Assembly: GCA_963712115.1 (NCBI GenBank)
Contig: CAVQGX010000033.1
Span: forward strand, 32,001-96,000
Reading direction: 5' to 3'
DNA length: 64,000 nucleotides
Source of the DNA: an uncultured delta proteobacterium
Lineage (GTDB): Bacteria > Desulfobacterota > Syntrophobacteria > BM002
Shown here: positions 30,781-41,377 of the stretch, one piece after another
How positions within the stretch are numbered: position 1 is the first letter of the stretch
How the letters are laid out: each line of letters opens with the position of its first letter
Notes under the pieces: generated by a model
Databases searched by the model: none
Told to the model about the DNA's origin: nothing
Seen by the model: only the letters and a program-made list of their open reading frames with translations
Position numbers and translations under genes: made by a program

Positions 30781-30918
30781 TGTATAGCCGGTATCTCCCT
30801 GGAAAGAATCAGCCGAGCCATGATTCCTTTTTTGCTCGCTGCAATAGTGGTGCTCTTGCTGGTCACTTACATCTCCTCTCTTTCCATGTGGATCCCACAA
30901 CTCTATCTGCAGCGGTAA
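30781..30918 (+). pseudogene. C-terminal fragment of TRAP large permease (DctM-like)
   Basis: IAGISLERISRAMIPFLLAAIVVLLLVTYISSLSMWIP resembles the last DctM helix; no upstream portion present. Confidence 0.6.
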
Positions 30919-31034
30919 TACAGCAACGCGCATAGCCCGTCTCGCTCGTGTCGGTTCCTTTTGTGCCTAATCTCAAAACAGACTTGATGCAAGGGCAATT
31001 TCATATTATGTTGTCGGTTCTATAAGGCGAAATT

Positions 31035-31862
31035 ATGGAGAAGAATTCGGTTGACAAGCAGCACTTGCATCGCTGGCTGACCGCAGCTGTGGCTCTGCCA
31101 CTATTAGCGCTTATTATTGCCCTCGGGCCTGGCTGGCTCTTGCTCAGCCTTGTAGTTTTGGTAACCACGGGCGGGATGCTGGAACTACTTAGCTTGCTCT
31201 TACCTGAGACAAAGTCCTGGGTCCGAATTGCAACTCTGGCTACAGGTTTGCTGTTGCCGCTGGCGACATACTGGAAAGGGATCCTCGGCCTAAGCACTGC
31301 CACAGTTGTTGTAATTTTCGTGGCGCTTACCATCCATTTACTGCTCTATGCCAAACAGAAAGCTGTCCTGCAATCTTTGGGATCAATGGTTTTTGCTCAG
31401 CTCTACATTCCCTTTTTGCTGAGCCATGTGTTGCTCCTTTTTCAGGTGCCATCCGGGCGACGCTGGATCTTCTTTCTTTTCTTTGTCATTTTTGCTGGAG
31501 ACACCGGCGCATACTACGCTGGCCACCGCTGGGGACGGCACAAGCTTTGGCCTGCTGTCAGCCCTGGAAAGACAGTCGAGGGCGCCATTGGCGGCCTTTT
31601 GAGCTCATTGGCGACTGCTCTGCTGGTTGGAAAGCTATTGCTTTCTCTAGGTGAATTCGGTATCACCTTTCTTCTCTCTTTAGGATTGGTTATAGCTTCG
31701 GCAGGCCAGATGGGTGACCTGATGGAATCAATGATTAAACGAGTAAGTCAGGTTAAGGACGCCAGTAGCATACTTCCCGGACATGGAGGTCTGCTGGATC
31801 GATTGGACAGTTTGATCTTCGCTTTTCCTTTGACTTACTATGGGGTCGTTTTCTTCGCTTAA
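31035..31862 (+). CDS. cdsA: Phosphatidate cytidylyltransferase
   Basis: DTGAYY, SPGKTVEG, KDASSILPGHGGLLDRLDS. Confidence 0.97.
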   Translation: MEKNSVDKQHLHRWLTAAVALPLLALIIALGPGWLLLSLVVLVTTGGMLELLSLLLPETKSWVRIATLATGLLLPLATYWKGILGLSTATVVVIFVALTIHLLLYAKQKAVLQSLGSMVFAQLYIPFLLSHVLLLFQVPSGRRWIFFLFFVIFAGDTGAYYAGHRWGRHKLWPAVSPGKTVEGAIGGLLSSLATALLVGKLLLSLGEFGITFLLSLGLVIASAGQMGDLMESMIKRVSQVKDASSILPGHGGLLDRLDSLIFAFPLTYYGVVFFA

Positions 31863-31864
31863 AA

Positions 31865-31996
31865 ATTGAGGAATTAAGGAATTAGGGAATTGGGGAATTA
31901 GGAAATTGAGGAATTAAGGAATTAAAAGATTGGGCTTCGTCTTTTTTCGAATCCCTAGATCCCTGAATTCCTGCATTCCTGAATCCCTAAATTCCT
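31865..31996. repeat. GGAATTAG/ATTCCT ~8-nt-period inverted repeat
   Basis: ggaattaagggaattagggaattggggaattagg ... atccctagatccctgaattcctgcattcctgaatccctaaattcc. Confidence 0.8.
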
Positions 31997-32028
31997 TTAT
32001 TCTTTTTATGTGGAAGGAGAAACATACC

Positions 32029-33192
32029 TTGAAGAGAATTGCAATTCTCGGCTCCACCGGCTCAATTGGGCGTAACGCCCTACAGGTAATTGAACAATTC
32101 CCAGATCGCTTTCAAGTCGTTGCCTTGGCGGCGGGGAGAAACGTCGATCTGTTGATAGAACAGATCCAACGCTTTCGACCCAAGGTTGCAGCTGCTCTTG
32201 ACCAGAAACTGGCCAACGATCTGGCCAGCCGTCTCCCAGCGGATATTGGGGTGGAAGTCTTTGCCGGTTCACAAGGCTACCAGAACATAGCTAATTGCAC
32301 TGAGGCGGACATGGTACTTTCCTCCATGGTGGGAGCGGCAGGCCTCATTCCTACCCTAAGTGCCATCCGAGCCGGCAAAGATGTGGCTCTAGCCAACAAG
32401 GAAACATTGGTAATGGCTGGCGCTCTGGTCATGGAAGAGGTCAGGAGGTATCAGATAAGGTTGCTCCCGGTGGACAGTGAGCACAATGCCATATTCCAAG
32501 CTTTGGAGGGACATAGACGGGAAGATCTCAAACGAATCTTGCTGACCGCTTCGGGCGGCCCCTTTCTCAACCTACCAAAGGAGCAACTTGAATCCGTTAC
32601 TCCAGCCCAGGCCCTGAATCATCCGAACTGGGAAATGGGTGCTAAAATCACCATTGATTCAGCAACCATGATGAACAAGGGGCTTGAGGTTATTGAGGCC
32701 AAGTGGCTGTTTGACCTGGCGGTGGAAAAAATCGACGTACATATCCATCCCCAGTCCATTGTTCACTCCATGGTGGAGTATGTGGACGGTTCAGTTATCG
32801 CCCAATTGGGTATGCCGGATATGCGTGTCCCCATAGCCTACGCTCTAGCCTACCCCGAACGTCTAAAGTTAGATCTGCCTACCCTAGACCTCTTCTCGGT
32901 GCAGACCCTCACTTTTCAGGAGCCCGATCTCGGCCGGTACCCTTGCCTTGATTTGGCCTTTAATGCCTGCAAAGCGGGCGGAACCATGCCGGCTGTCCTG
33001 AACGCTTCCAATGAGGTAGCGGTGCAAGCATTTCTTGACAAGCGCATTCCTTTTCTGGGAATCGCCAGATTGGTGGACAAGGTCATGCAAGAGCATGAAC
33101 TTGCTCCTGCAACAGAGTTGGAGGCCATTCTCGCGGCCGACACCTGGGCTCGAAGAAGAGCGGAAGAGGCAATAGATAGTATTTGCTCGTAA
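32029..33192 (+). CDS. dxr: 1-deoxy-D-xylulose 5-phosphate reductoisomerase
   Basis: LGSTGSIG, LANKE, PVDSEH, MNKGLEVIEA; TTG start with AAGGAG RBS. Confidence 0.97.
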   Translation: MKRIAILGSTGSIGRNALQVIEQFPDRFQVVALAAGRNVDLLIEQIQRFRPKVAAALDQKLANDLASRLPADIGVEVFAGSQGYQNIANCTEADMVLSSMVGAAGLIPTLSAIRAGKDVALANKETLVMAGALVMEEVRRYQIRLLPVDSEHNAIFQALEGHRREDLKRILLTASGGPFLNLPKEQLESVTPAQALNHPNWEMGAKITIDSATMMNKGLEVIEAKWLFDLAVEKIDVHIHPQSIVHSMVEYVDGSVIAQLGMPDMRVPIAYALAYPERLKLDLPTLDLFSVQTLTFQEPDLGRYPCLDLAFNACKAGGTMPAVLNASNEVAVQAFLDKRIPFLGIARLVDKVMQEHELAPATELEAILAADTWARRRAEEAIDSICS

Positions 33193-33313
33193 CAATGCAG
33201 GGCTGCAAGAATTTACCAAATAACGCATAGGGCATAGAGTAAGGAGACAGGAGTCAGAATCCAGGAGCCAGGAGCAAAGCAATCAAAATTGACTTCATCT
33301 GAGCTACCCACTC

Positions 33314-33448
33314 TTTGAACCGCACAATATCGAACAAGGAATTTCGAATATCGAAGTGATCACTTCATCATTCTGCGGTTCCTTGTTCTGCTGTTCGATA
33401 TTCAGTGCTTTGAACAATCTGTCCTCTGTCGTCTGACCTCTGACCTCT
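33314..33448. repeat. Composite intergenic repeat, empty-site copy of 6707-6875
   Basis: Reverse complement matches 6707-6875 except for the 40-nt insert. Confidence 0.85.
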
Positions 33449-33511
33449 AATCCCAGTCTCGCTGGGCTATACGCTTTGTTGGCAGGAAATCTGCATAAGT
33501 GAACTCAGACT

Positions 33512-33706
33512 TAGCCCGGATGTTTCATGAATTGATGTCGCGAGACCATGAAGATGGGCGGGCCACCGGGTAACCGTCCCGCGGTACCGCGGGATTGGTT
33601 TCGAGGCGTACCTGAACGGTACGTCGCAGGAGCCGACACCCGAGGACACCCGGAAGGACGGCCATATCCAGGGTCGCAGCAAGCAATTTATCAAACATCC
33701 GGGCTA
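33512..33706. mobile_element. TA-flanked structured repeat element, copy 2
   Basis: TAGCCCGGATGTTT...AAACATCCGGGCTA; internal homology with 16201-16383. Confidence 0.75.
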
Positions 33707-33797
33707 CTGTTGGCAATGGGATTTTCGGCACGTTATAATGCAAAAGTAATTTTCGTCCTTATAATATGAAAAACTTTAATTGAGGAGCAGTTAAATC

Positions 33798-34898
33798 TTG
33801 GAAGCTATTTGGGAACTTTCTCGAACCTTATTATCCTTTGTTGTTTCTTTAGGAATACTCATTTTTATCCATGAGTTCGGCCATTTTTTGGCAGCCAAGA
33901 TCTTCAAGGTCAAAGTGGAGCGCTTTTCTCTAGGCTTTGGTCCACGGTTGCTTGGCAAACAGGTTGGGGACACAGACTACCGTATCTCAGCCTTTCCCCT
34001 TGGCGGATACGTTAAGATGCTTGGCGAATCGACTGATGAAGAAATTCCAGAGGATTTAAAACCTGTCTCTTTTTCCCACCAACCTCTAAGAAGACGTATA
34101 ACCATAGTAGCAGCTGGTCCGAGTTCCAATTTGCTCTTGGCAGTATTTCTCTATGCCGTAATCTTCGGACTCTTCGGTCTTGCAAAGACGACCACTCACA
34201 TCGGTTCTGTAACCCCAGATTCTCCCGCAGCCTCCTCCGGCCTGCAGCCAGAGGACAAGGTACTCGAGGTTGAGGGTACTCCTGTGGAAGAATGGGGTGA
34301 GTTGTCTCAGCTAATTCAGGATAGTGGTGGTAAACCCATTCAGCTTAAGATTCTCCGGGGAGATGAAACATTTACTGTGGTACTCACTCCTGAGATAAAG
34401 GAAACCCAAACCATACTTGGGGAAAAAGTCAGCCGGCCTCTTATCGGCATTGTTGCTTCCAACAATGTCATTGTGGAAAAGATCAATCCCCTTCAAGCTG
34501 GATATTATGCCGTCACTCAAACAATCGGCATGATAAAGCTCACCTTCGTTGTTCTCGGAAAATTGATTGTTGGTGCCATCTCTCCCAGAACTCTCGCTGG
34601 TCCCATCGGTATAGCTCAGATGTCGGGTGAAGTTGCCAAGGCTGGACCGCTGGCTTTTCTATCTTTCTTGGCGCTGCTTAGTATTAACTTGGGAATCCTT
34701 AACCTCCTTCCCATTCCGATTCTGGACGGTGGCCATCTACTTTTCTTCTTTATTGAGGGGATCATGGGTAAGCCCCTCAGTATTAGGAAGAGAGAATTGG
34801 CCCAGCAGGTTGGTCTGTTCCTACTCATTGTCCTCATGGTGTTTGTCTTCTACAACGATATCTACCGTTTGGTTGCCCCGGGTAAGGCAATCCCCTAA
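33798..34898 (+). CDS. rseP: RIP metalloprotease RseP
   Basis: IHEFGH, PLGGYVKM, PDZ, NLLPIPILDGGH. Confidence 0.97.
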   Translation: MEAIWELSRTLLSFVVSLGILIFIHEFGHFLAAKIFKVKVERFSLGFGPRLLGKQVGDTDYRISAFPLGGYVKMLGESTDEEIPEDLKPVSFSHQPLRRRITIVAAGPSSNLLLAVFLYAVIFGLFGLAKTTTHIGSVTPDSPAASSGLQPEDKVLEVEGTPVEEWGELSQLIQDSGGKPIQLKILRGDETFTVVLTPEIKETQTILGEKVSRPLIGIVASNNVIVEKINPLQAGYYAVTQTIGMIKLTFVVLGKLIVGAISPRTLAGPIGIAQMSGEVAKAGPLAFLSFLALLSINLGILNLLPIPILDGGHLLFFFIEGIMGKPLSIRKRELAQQVGLFLLIVLMVFVFYNDIYRLVAPGKAIP

Positions 34899-35051
34899 AG
34901 GGATTGCCAGCCAGCAGCTGACAGTTGGCAGCAGAACATTTATCATTTTGCATTTCGCATTTGTCATTTAACATTTTGACTAGATGATTAGGTGAATCTC
35001 AACTCACACCGTACAATGACGAATTGCTAAATGAGAGATGAGAAATGGGAA

Positions 35052-35747
35052 ATGAAAATCCTTGCTATAGAAACATCGACCCGAATGGGGAGCATTGCCC
35101 TGGTTGAGGGACCTCTGCTTAAGGCCCAACACATCCTCAACATAAGTGCGACACACAACCAACGTCTCCTGCCTGGTATTGAACGTATTCTTGCTGATGC
35201 TGGCTGGTCCTTAGACGACCTTGATGGTTTTGCAGTTAGTCTTGGTCCGGGAAGTTTTACTGGTCTGCGAATCGGCCTGAGCATAGTCAAAGGGCTTGCT
35301 TGGGCCACCGGCAAGCCTTTGGCCGGTGTGCCAACTTTGGATGCGCTGGCGCTAAATGTTTCCTTCGTCTCACACACGACCTGCCCTATCTTGGACGCGC
35401 GGAAAGGCGAAATCTACACCGCACTTTATCGCCAAGGTGATGAGGGAATTCCTCAAAGGCTTACCTCTTACATGGCCATCAAACCTGAAGAACTGGTAGC
35501 CCTCATATCGGAGACTACAGTGATAATTGGAGACGGCCTTTTGTCTTATGGGGACTATCTAAAGAGAGAGTTAGGTAATCGACTAGTCTTGGCTCCACCT
35601 CATCTTAGCGTCATCCACGCAAGCTCCGTTGCCTGGTTGGGCTGGCACAGACTCCAGTCAGGAGAATCCGAAGATGTCTCCAGTTGCACTCCTCTGTATG
35701 TAAGGCCCTCCGAAGCAGAGCTGAACAGGAAGTCCAGCCCATTTTAG
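35052..35747 (+). CDS. tsaB: t6A biosynthesis protein TsaB
   Basis: ILAIETS, GPGSFTGLRIG, LDARKGEIY, PLYVRPSEAE. Confidence 0.96.
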   Translation: MKILAIETSTRMGSIALVEGPLLKAQHILNISATHNQRLLPGIERILADAGWSLDDLDGFAVSLGPGSFTGLRIGLSIVKGLAWATGKPLAGVPTLDALALNVSFVSHTTCPILDARKGEIYTALYRQGDEGIPQRLTSYMAIKPEELVALISETTVIIGDGLLSYGDYLKRELGNRLVLAPPHLSVIHASSVAWLGWHRLQSGESEDVSSCTPLYVRPSEAELNRKSSPF

Positions 35748-35963
35748 ATTTTGGATTTTAGATTGCAGCTTTTTATAAATTTTCCATCTTAAGATACACG
35801 AATCAAAAATCTACAATCTTCAATCTTCAATCTTCAATAGCCATCTGGATATTGACAAAATAGTGCAGATCGCATAAACATTATCGATTATCCCTTTAAA
35901 TTATTCCGAATTGTCCGCATCCAACTTTCCCTTTGAGACTGGATGCTCCGAGAGGGGTAGAAT

Positions 35964-36188
35964 ATGGAAAAATGGGATGAGGAATTGATTGCCCGTCTAC
36001 TTCCCCACAATGAAGAGTTGCGTGGGTACGTCGAAGATCACCGGCGCTATGAAGAGCAATTGGAGAAGTTCACTCAGCGCCCCTACTTGACTTATGAAGA
36101 AGAGGTGGAGAAGAGACGCATTCAAAAATTGAAATTGGCGGGACGAGACAAAATTGAAGCCATCTTGGCTAAACATAGACAGGGGTGA
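35964..36188 (+). CDS. DUF465 (YdcH-like) small helical protein
   Basis: H..YEEQL...YLT.EEE...IQKLKLAGRDKI pattern upstream of ilvB. Confidence 0.75.
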   Translation: MEKWDEELIARLLPHNEELRGYVEDHRRYEEQLEKFTQRPYLTYEEEVEKRRIQKLKLAGRDKIEAILAKHRQG

Positions 36189-36191
36189 GTC

Positions 36192-37883
36192 ATGAAGCTA
36201 ACAGGAGCCCAAATATTCTTTGAATGTTTGAAAGCCGAAGGAGTTGAGGTCGTCTTTGGTCTGCCGGGTGGAGCAGTCATCGACATCTATGATGAGATGC
36301 CCAAACACAACATCCGCCACATCCTTGTGCGCCACGAGCAGGGTGCTACCCACATGGCTGATGGTTATGCCCGCGCCACTGGAAAAGTGGGTGTTTGCCT
36401 GGTAACGTCGGGCCCTGGAGCTACCAACACAGTTACCGGCATTGCCACGGCCTATTGTGATTCCATCCCCATAGTGGTTTTCACCGGTCAGGTGCCCACA
36501 GCTTTGATTGGCAATGACGCCTTTCAGGAGGCAGACATTGTTGGCATCACCCGTCCATGCACCAAACACAACTACTTGGTAAAGGACGTCCGTGATCTTG
36601 CCCGGGTCATTCGTGAGGCTTTCTTTTTGGCCCGCTCCGGTCGTCCGGGACCTGTATTGGTGGATCTGCCCAAAGACGTGGTCGCTGGCAAAACCGACTT
36701 CAAGTATCCCAAGAACATTGCCATGAAAGGTTATAAGCCCACCACTGAAGCTCACATGGGCCAAATCAAAAGAGCATACGCTGCAATTTCTAAAGCCAAA
36801 AGACCAGTGATCTATGCTGGTGGTGGGGTGATTCTTTCCAATGCCGCCAAAGAGTTGAAAGAGCTGGGAGAGAAACTTAGGTGCCCGGTAACCACTACTC
36901 TCATGGGGCTAGGTGGATTTCCTGCCCCTCACGATTTGTGGCTTGGGATGCTGGGAATGCACGGTACTTTCCGGGCTAATATGGCTGTGGCTAACGCTGA
37001 TATGCTTATTAGCATAGGTGCACGCTTCGACGATCGCGTAACCGGCAAGCTGGATGAGTTCGCCCCATCGGCCAAGATCATCCACATTGACATAGACCCA
37101 ACTTCAATAAGTAAGAATGTTAGAGTAGACATACCTATTGTTGGCGATTGCAAGGATGCCCTTAAAAAACTCCTTCAACTGGTTAAAGAAAACCCCATAG
37201 AAAACCTGGAAAAACAGAGGCAGCCCTGGCTGGATCAGGTCCAGAAATGGAAGGAGACCTATCCCCTAGCCTACGAACAAAAGGATGATGTGATCAAGCC
37301 ACAATATGTGGTTGAAATGCTGTACAAGCTCTGTAAAGAGAAAAACCCCATCATCACCACCGAGGTTGGTCAGAACCAAATGTGGGCCGCCCAGTACTTC
37401 CATTTTTCTGAACCTAGAACTCTACTCACCTCGGGCGGACTGGGCACCATGGGCTACGGCATGCCAGCAGCAATTGGCGCTCAAGCCGCCTTTCCTGAAA
37501 GGTTGGTCATCGACATAGCCGGAGACGGCAGTATTCAAATGTGTATACAGGAGCTTACCACTGCTGTGGAGAATAACTTGCAGGTGAAGGTGGCAATACT
37601 CAATAACCAATATCTAGGAATGGTCCGGCAATGGCAGCAACTCTTCTATGAGAAGCAATACTGTGCCACTTGCCTCAAGATGGCACCCGATTTCGTCAAA
37701 TTGGCTGAGGCCTATGGCGCTGTTGGACTCCGTGCCACCAAACCCAGCGAGGTGGAAAAGGTGATCCTGGAGGCGATTGCTACGCCCAAGCCGGTAATCA
37801 TGGATTTTGTGGTCAACCCAGAAGAATGTGTCTACCCCATGGTGCCTGCTGGAGCGGCTACCACAGAAATGATCCTGGTCTAG
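36192..37883 (+). CDS. ilvB: Acetolactate synthase large subunit
   Basis: [30 protein letters not shown] ThDP motif. Confidence 0.97.
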   Translation: MKLTGAQIFFECLKAEGVEVVFGLPGGAVIDIYDEMPKHNIRHILVRHEQGATHMADGYARATGKVGVCLVTSGPGATNTVTGIATAYCDSIPIVVFTGQVPTALIGNDAFQEADIVGITRPCTKHNYLVKDVRDLARVIREAFFLARSGRPGPVLVDLPKDVVAGKTDFKYPKNIAMKGYKPTTEAHMGQIKRAYAAISKAKRPVIYAGGGVILSNAAKELKELGEKLRCPVTTTLMGLGGFPAPHDLWLGMLGMHGTFRANMAVANADMLISIGARFDDRVTGKLDEFAPSAKIIHIDIDPTSISKNVRVDIPIVGDCKDALKKLLQLVKENPIENLEKQRQPWLDQVQKWKETYPLAYEQKDDVIKPQYVVEMLYKLCKEKNPIITTEVGQNQMWAAQYFHFSEPRTLLTSGGLGTMGYGMPAAIGAQAAFPERLVIDIAGDGSIQMCIQELTTAVENNLQVKVAILNNQYLGMVRQWQQLFYEKQYCATCLKMAPDFVKLAEAYGAVGLRATKPSEVEKVILEAIATPKPVIMDFVVNPEECVYPMVPAGAATTEMILV

Positions 37884-37960
37884 AAACCGTCCGTGGTCAG
37901 TTGTCTAAAGTCGCATAGCGCATTCAGTTTGCTTCTGCACAAGCTGAAAGGAGAGACGTC

Positions 37961-38455
37961 GTGAGGCATACCCTCGGAGTCCTGGTGGAGAATCAGCCCG
38001 GTGTCCTTTCCCGGGTGGCTGGCCTGTTCAGTGGCAGGGGATTCAATATCGAAAGCCTGACCGTGGCCGAAACCCTTGATCCGCAAGTTTCCCACATCAC
38101 CTTGGTGACCACTGGCGATGAGACGATCATGGAACAGATTGTCAAGCATCTCAACAAGCTGGTTAACGTGATCAAGGTGATCGATTTTCGTGAAGTGAAA
38201 TTTGTGGACCGGGAGATGGCCCTGATCAAGGTCAAGGCCGAGGCTCACACCCGTGCTGAAGTACTCCGTATAGTCGATATTTTTAGGGGTAAGGTGGTCG
38301 ATGTCAGTCCGAATTTCCTTACCATCGAAGTTACCGGTGATGAAGGAAAGATTCAGGCAATTCTAGACCTGATGGCTCAACTGGGAATCGTTGAGGTGGT
38401 CAGAACAGGAAAGGTCGCCATTGCCCGCAGCAAGAAGAATACTAAGATGAAATAA
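37961..38455 (+). CDS. ilvN: Acetolactate synthase small subunit
   Basis: VLVENQPGVLSRVAGLFSGRGFNIESL ACT domain. Confidence 0.97.
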   Translation: MRHTLGVLVENQPGVLSRVAGLFSGRGFNIESLTVAETLDPQVSHITLVTTGDETIMEQIVKHLNKLVNVIKVIDFREVKFVDREMALIKVKAEAHTRAEVLRIVDIFRGKVVDVSPNFLTIEVTGDEGKIQAILDLMAQLGIVEVVRTGKVAIARSKKNTKMK

Positions 38456-38627
38456 AGGCGGGTCGCTCTACCGAATTTGCTGCCGATATCCATCGATTTG
38501 AGCCATGGAGTAGTACAGAAAAACCGCCCTGCCTCACGCCCTATCAGCGATCTCTGCAGCCTGCTGAACCTGGAATTATCCCACTAAACTAGGCTTTTAT
38601 ATACTATCACCGTTACAGGAGGATACC

Positions 38628-39620
38628 GTGAAAATCTATTACGATTCGGATGCCGATCTGGGTGTGCTCAAAGGCAAGAAAGTGGCAATCATTGGCTACG
38701 GCAGTCAAGGCCACGCCCAAGCACAGAACTTAAGGGACAGTGGCGTGGATGTGGTGGTCGCCGAACTGGAGGGGACTGCCAACTACGACCTGGCCAAGGA
38801 GCATGGATTTGAACCCACCACAGCCAGTGAGGCCACGAGCCTCGCCAGTGTGGTCCAGATTCTTGCCCAGGATGACGCCCAGGCGAAATTATACCGGGAC
38901 GAAGTTGCTCCCCACATGGCCAAGGGTAAGACTCTGGTCTTTTCCCACGGCTTTAATATCCACTTCGGTCAGATCCGGCCTGCCGAACACTTGGATGTGG
39001 TGATGATTGCTCCCAAAGGTCCCGGGCATCTGGTGCGGAGCGAATACGAAAAGGGAGCGGGAGTGCCATCCTTGGTTGCCATTCACCAGGATGCCACTGG
39101 TCGCGCCCTGGAGACAGCCCTCGCTTATGCCAAGGGGTTGGGAGCCACCCGTGCTGGGGTGATTCAAACCACCTTTGAGGAAGAAACCGAGACTGACCTC
39201 TTCGGGGAGCAGACTGTTCTTTGTGGCGGGGTGACCGAGCTGGTCAAGGCCGGATTTGATACTCTGGTCGAGGCTGGCTACCAGCCGGAGATCGCTTATT
39301 TTGAGTGCCTCCATGAGTTGAAGCTCATAGTTGACCTATTTTATCAGGGAGGCATCTCTTTCATGCGCTACTCGGTTAGCGATACTGCCGAGTATGGGGA
39401 TTACTCGCGGGGAACACGTATCATTACGGAAGAAACCCGGGAAACTATGCGGGAGATTCTGGCTGAAGTCCAGAGCGGTGAGTTTGCTCGGGAGTGGATT
39501 CTGGAAAATCAGGCCGGTCGCCCCGTTTTCAATGCCCTGCGACGGGCGGAGAAAGAGCACCCCATTGAAGAGGTAGGCGCCAAACTCCGTGCCATGATGC
39601 CGTGGTTAAAGAAAAAGTAG
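38628..39620 (+). CDS. ilvC: Ketol-acid reductoisomerase
   Basis: [25 protein letters not shown]. Confidence 0.98.
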   Translation: MKIYYDSDADLGVLKGKKVAIIGYGSQGHAQAQNLRDSGVDVVVAELEGTANYDLAKEHGFEPTTASEATSLASVVQILAQDDAQAKLYRDEVAPHMAKGKTLVFSHGFNIHFGQIRPAEHLDVVMIAPKGPGHLVRSEYEKGAGVPSLVAIHQDATGRALETALAYAKGLGATRAGVIQTTFEEETETDLFGEQTVLCGGVTELVKAGFDTLVEAGYQPEIAYFECLHELKLIVDLFYQGGISFMRYSVSDTAEYGDYSRGTRIITEETRETMREILAEVQSGEFAREWILENQAGRPVFNALRRAEKEHPIEEVGAKLRAMMPWLKKK

Positions 39621-39731
39621 CTTTTCTGGTGATATGAGATGTGAGATGTGGGATTTGAGATTCCGCCAGAAATAGTTTGTTTTCCCACATCCCACATCGA
39701 TTTTTTTATGTTTGTTTAGGATTTCGGTGTT

Positions 39732-40379
39732 ATGCGACGGATCCCTATTGCCAAGCAAGGACTACCGTATATTCTTGGTATTACAGTGTTATTGATCCTG
39801 CTCCTTTTCCTGGGCTGGACGTTTTTGACCGTATTGGCTTTAATCTTGACGGTTTTAGTGATAAACTTCTTTCGTGATCCCGAGCGGGTAATCCCGCAGG
39901 TCCCCCACGCGGTGCTGTCGCCGGCTGATGGCAAGATCATATTTGTGGGGCCGACATTCGAAGATAGGTTTCTCTGCAAAGAGACTTTGAAAATTAGTAT
40001 CTTTATGTCTATTTTTAACGTCCACGTTAATCGAATCCCTCTCTCTGGGGAAGTGGAGAGCATTCATTACGAAAAGGGCACATTTTTTGCTGCCAGTTTG
40101 GATAAGGCTTCTCATGATAATGAACACAACGCAGTAGTTTTGCGAACCCCTGAAGACGAAAAGATAGTCTTCGTGCAAATCGCCGGCCTGATTGCCAGGC
40201 GGATCGACTGCTGGGTGCAACCGGGCGAGCGGGTTCAGCAAGGCGAACGTTTTGGTATGATTCGCTTTGGCTCCAGGTTGGACGTTTTCGTTCCCACTAA
40301 CAGCCACCTGGCAGTAAGCAAGGGGCAACGCGTTAAAGCAGGGGAGAGTATTTTATGTTACCACCCACCAAAAAGCTAA
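39732..40379 (+). CDS. psd: Phosphatidylserine decarboxylase (short type)
   Basis: FFRDPER, SPADG, NVHVNR, IRFGSRLD. Confidence 0.95.
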   Translation: MRRIPIAKQGLPYILGITVLLILLLFLGWTFLTVLALILTVLVINFFRDPERVIPQVPHAVLSPADGKIIFVGPTFEDRFLCKETLKISIFMSIFNVHVNRIPLSGEVESIHYEKGTFFAASLDKASHDNEHNAVVLRTPEDEKIVFVQIAGLIARRIDCWVQPGERVQQGERFGMIRFGSRLDVFVPTNSHLAVSKGQRVKAGESILCYHPPKS

Positions 40380-41170
40380 AAAGGAAAAGCCGTAAGCCTC
40401 GACGAAAGAAGCGAGGAATCTACCTGCTTCCTAACCTTTTAACCACAGGGAACCTTTTCTGCGGCTTTTACGGCATAGTTGCTGCCATCAACCATAATTT
40501 CAGAACGGCAGCGATTGCTATTCTTTTTGCCTGTCTCTTCGATATCCTAGACGGTAAAGTCGCTCGGCTCACCGGTTCCAACAGCCGCTTTGGGATGGAG
40601 TATGATTCTTTGGCTGATCTGGTGGCCTTTGGTGTAGCACCCGCCGTGCTCGTTTATCTATGGGCGCTCAAACCATTCGGCCGGCTGGGTTGGGTTGCAG
40701 CCTTTCTCTTTGTTGCCTGCGGCGCTCTCCGCCTGGCGCGGTTCAATGTTCAGACCGACTCAGTTTCTAAGAAGTATTTCGTTGGACTCCCCATACCTGG
40801 TGCCGCACTCATGGTTGCCACCACAGTGCTGTTCTTCTATCGAATGGGAGGGAGTGGTCCCACCAAGCACTTCTTATTACTGGCCATGGCTTACCTCTTG
40901 GGTTTTCTCATGGTCAGCAGCATTCCCTTCAACAGCTTCAAAGAATTTGACGGATTTCAGCGAATGCCTTTCCGGACGCTTTTTATCATAGTCTTACTTT
41001 TTTCGGTAATTGCGGTACAACCTTCTATAATGCTTTTCACTTTTGGGCTTGTCTATGTGAGTTCGGGTCCCATAGGGTATGTATTTAGATTTTTGCGAAG
41101 CCGCAGAGAATCCATTACTGAAGAAGCCCATAACCAGGAAATGTCCACCAGTAAAAAGGGAAGAGAATAG
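40355..41170 (+). CDS. pssA: CDP-diacylglycerol-serine O-phosphatidyltransferase
   Basis: LPNLLT, DILDGKVAR..FGMEYDSLAD, RLARFN. Confidence 0.95.
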   Translation: MLPPTKKLKRKSRKPRRKKRGIYLLPNLLTTGNLFCGFYGIVAAINHNFRTAAIAILFACLFDILDGKVARLTGSNSRFGMEYDSLADLVAFGVAPAVLVYLWALKPFGRLGWVAAFLFVACGALRLARFNVQTDSVSKKYFVGLPIPGAALMVATTVLFFYRMGGSGPTKHFLLLAMAYLLGFLMVSSIPFNSFKEFDGFQRMPFRTLFIIVLLFSVIAVQPSIMLFTFGLVYVSSGPIGYVFRFLRSRRESITEEAHNQEMSTSKKGRE

Positions 41171-41258
41171 AGGGAGGTTCCAGCATTCGCTTGAGAGTGA
41201 GCTAAAATTTCAAATAGGTAATTTCGTTTCACCTGGCCAAGCTTGCACGGCCTAAGAC

Positions 41259-41304
41259 ATTTCCCCTCCCGAAGATTATCCGGGAAGGGGAAATTTTTCT
41301 TTTT
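41259..41304 (+). terminator. Intrinsic terminator between pssA and leuC
   Basis: ATTTCCCCTCCCG/CGGGAAGGGGAAAT stem followed by TTTTCTTTTT. Confidence 0.7.
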
Positions 41305-41377
41305 AGCATAGTCAACTACATGTTAGTATCCCGTCTTACACCTTTGTGATTAACTACCACTGACACAGGTATTTGCC

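Noticed and set aside
41171-41258. Leucine attenuator leader peptide
   Set aside because: No start codon with a Leu-rich ORF before the hairpin
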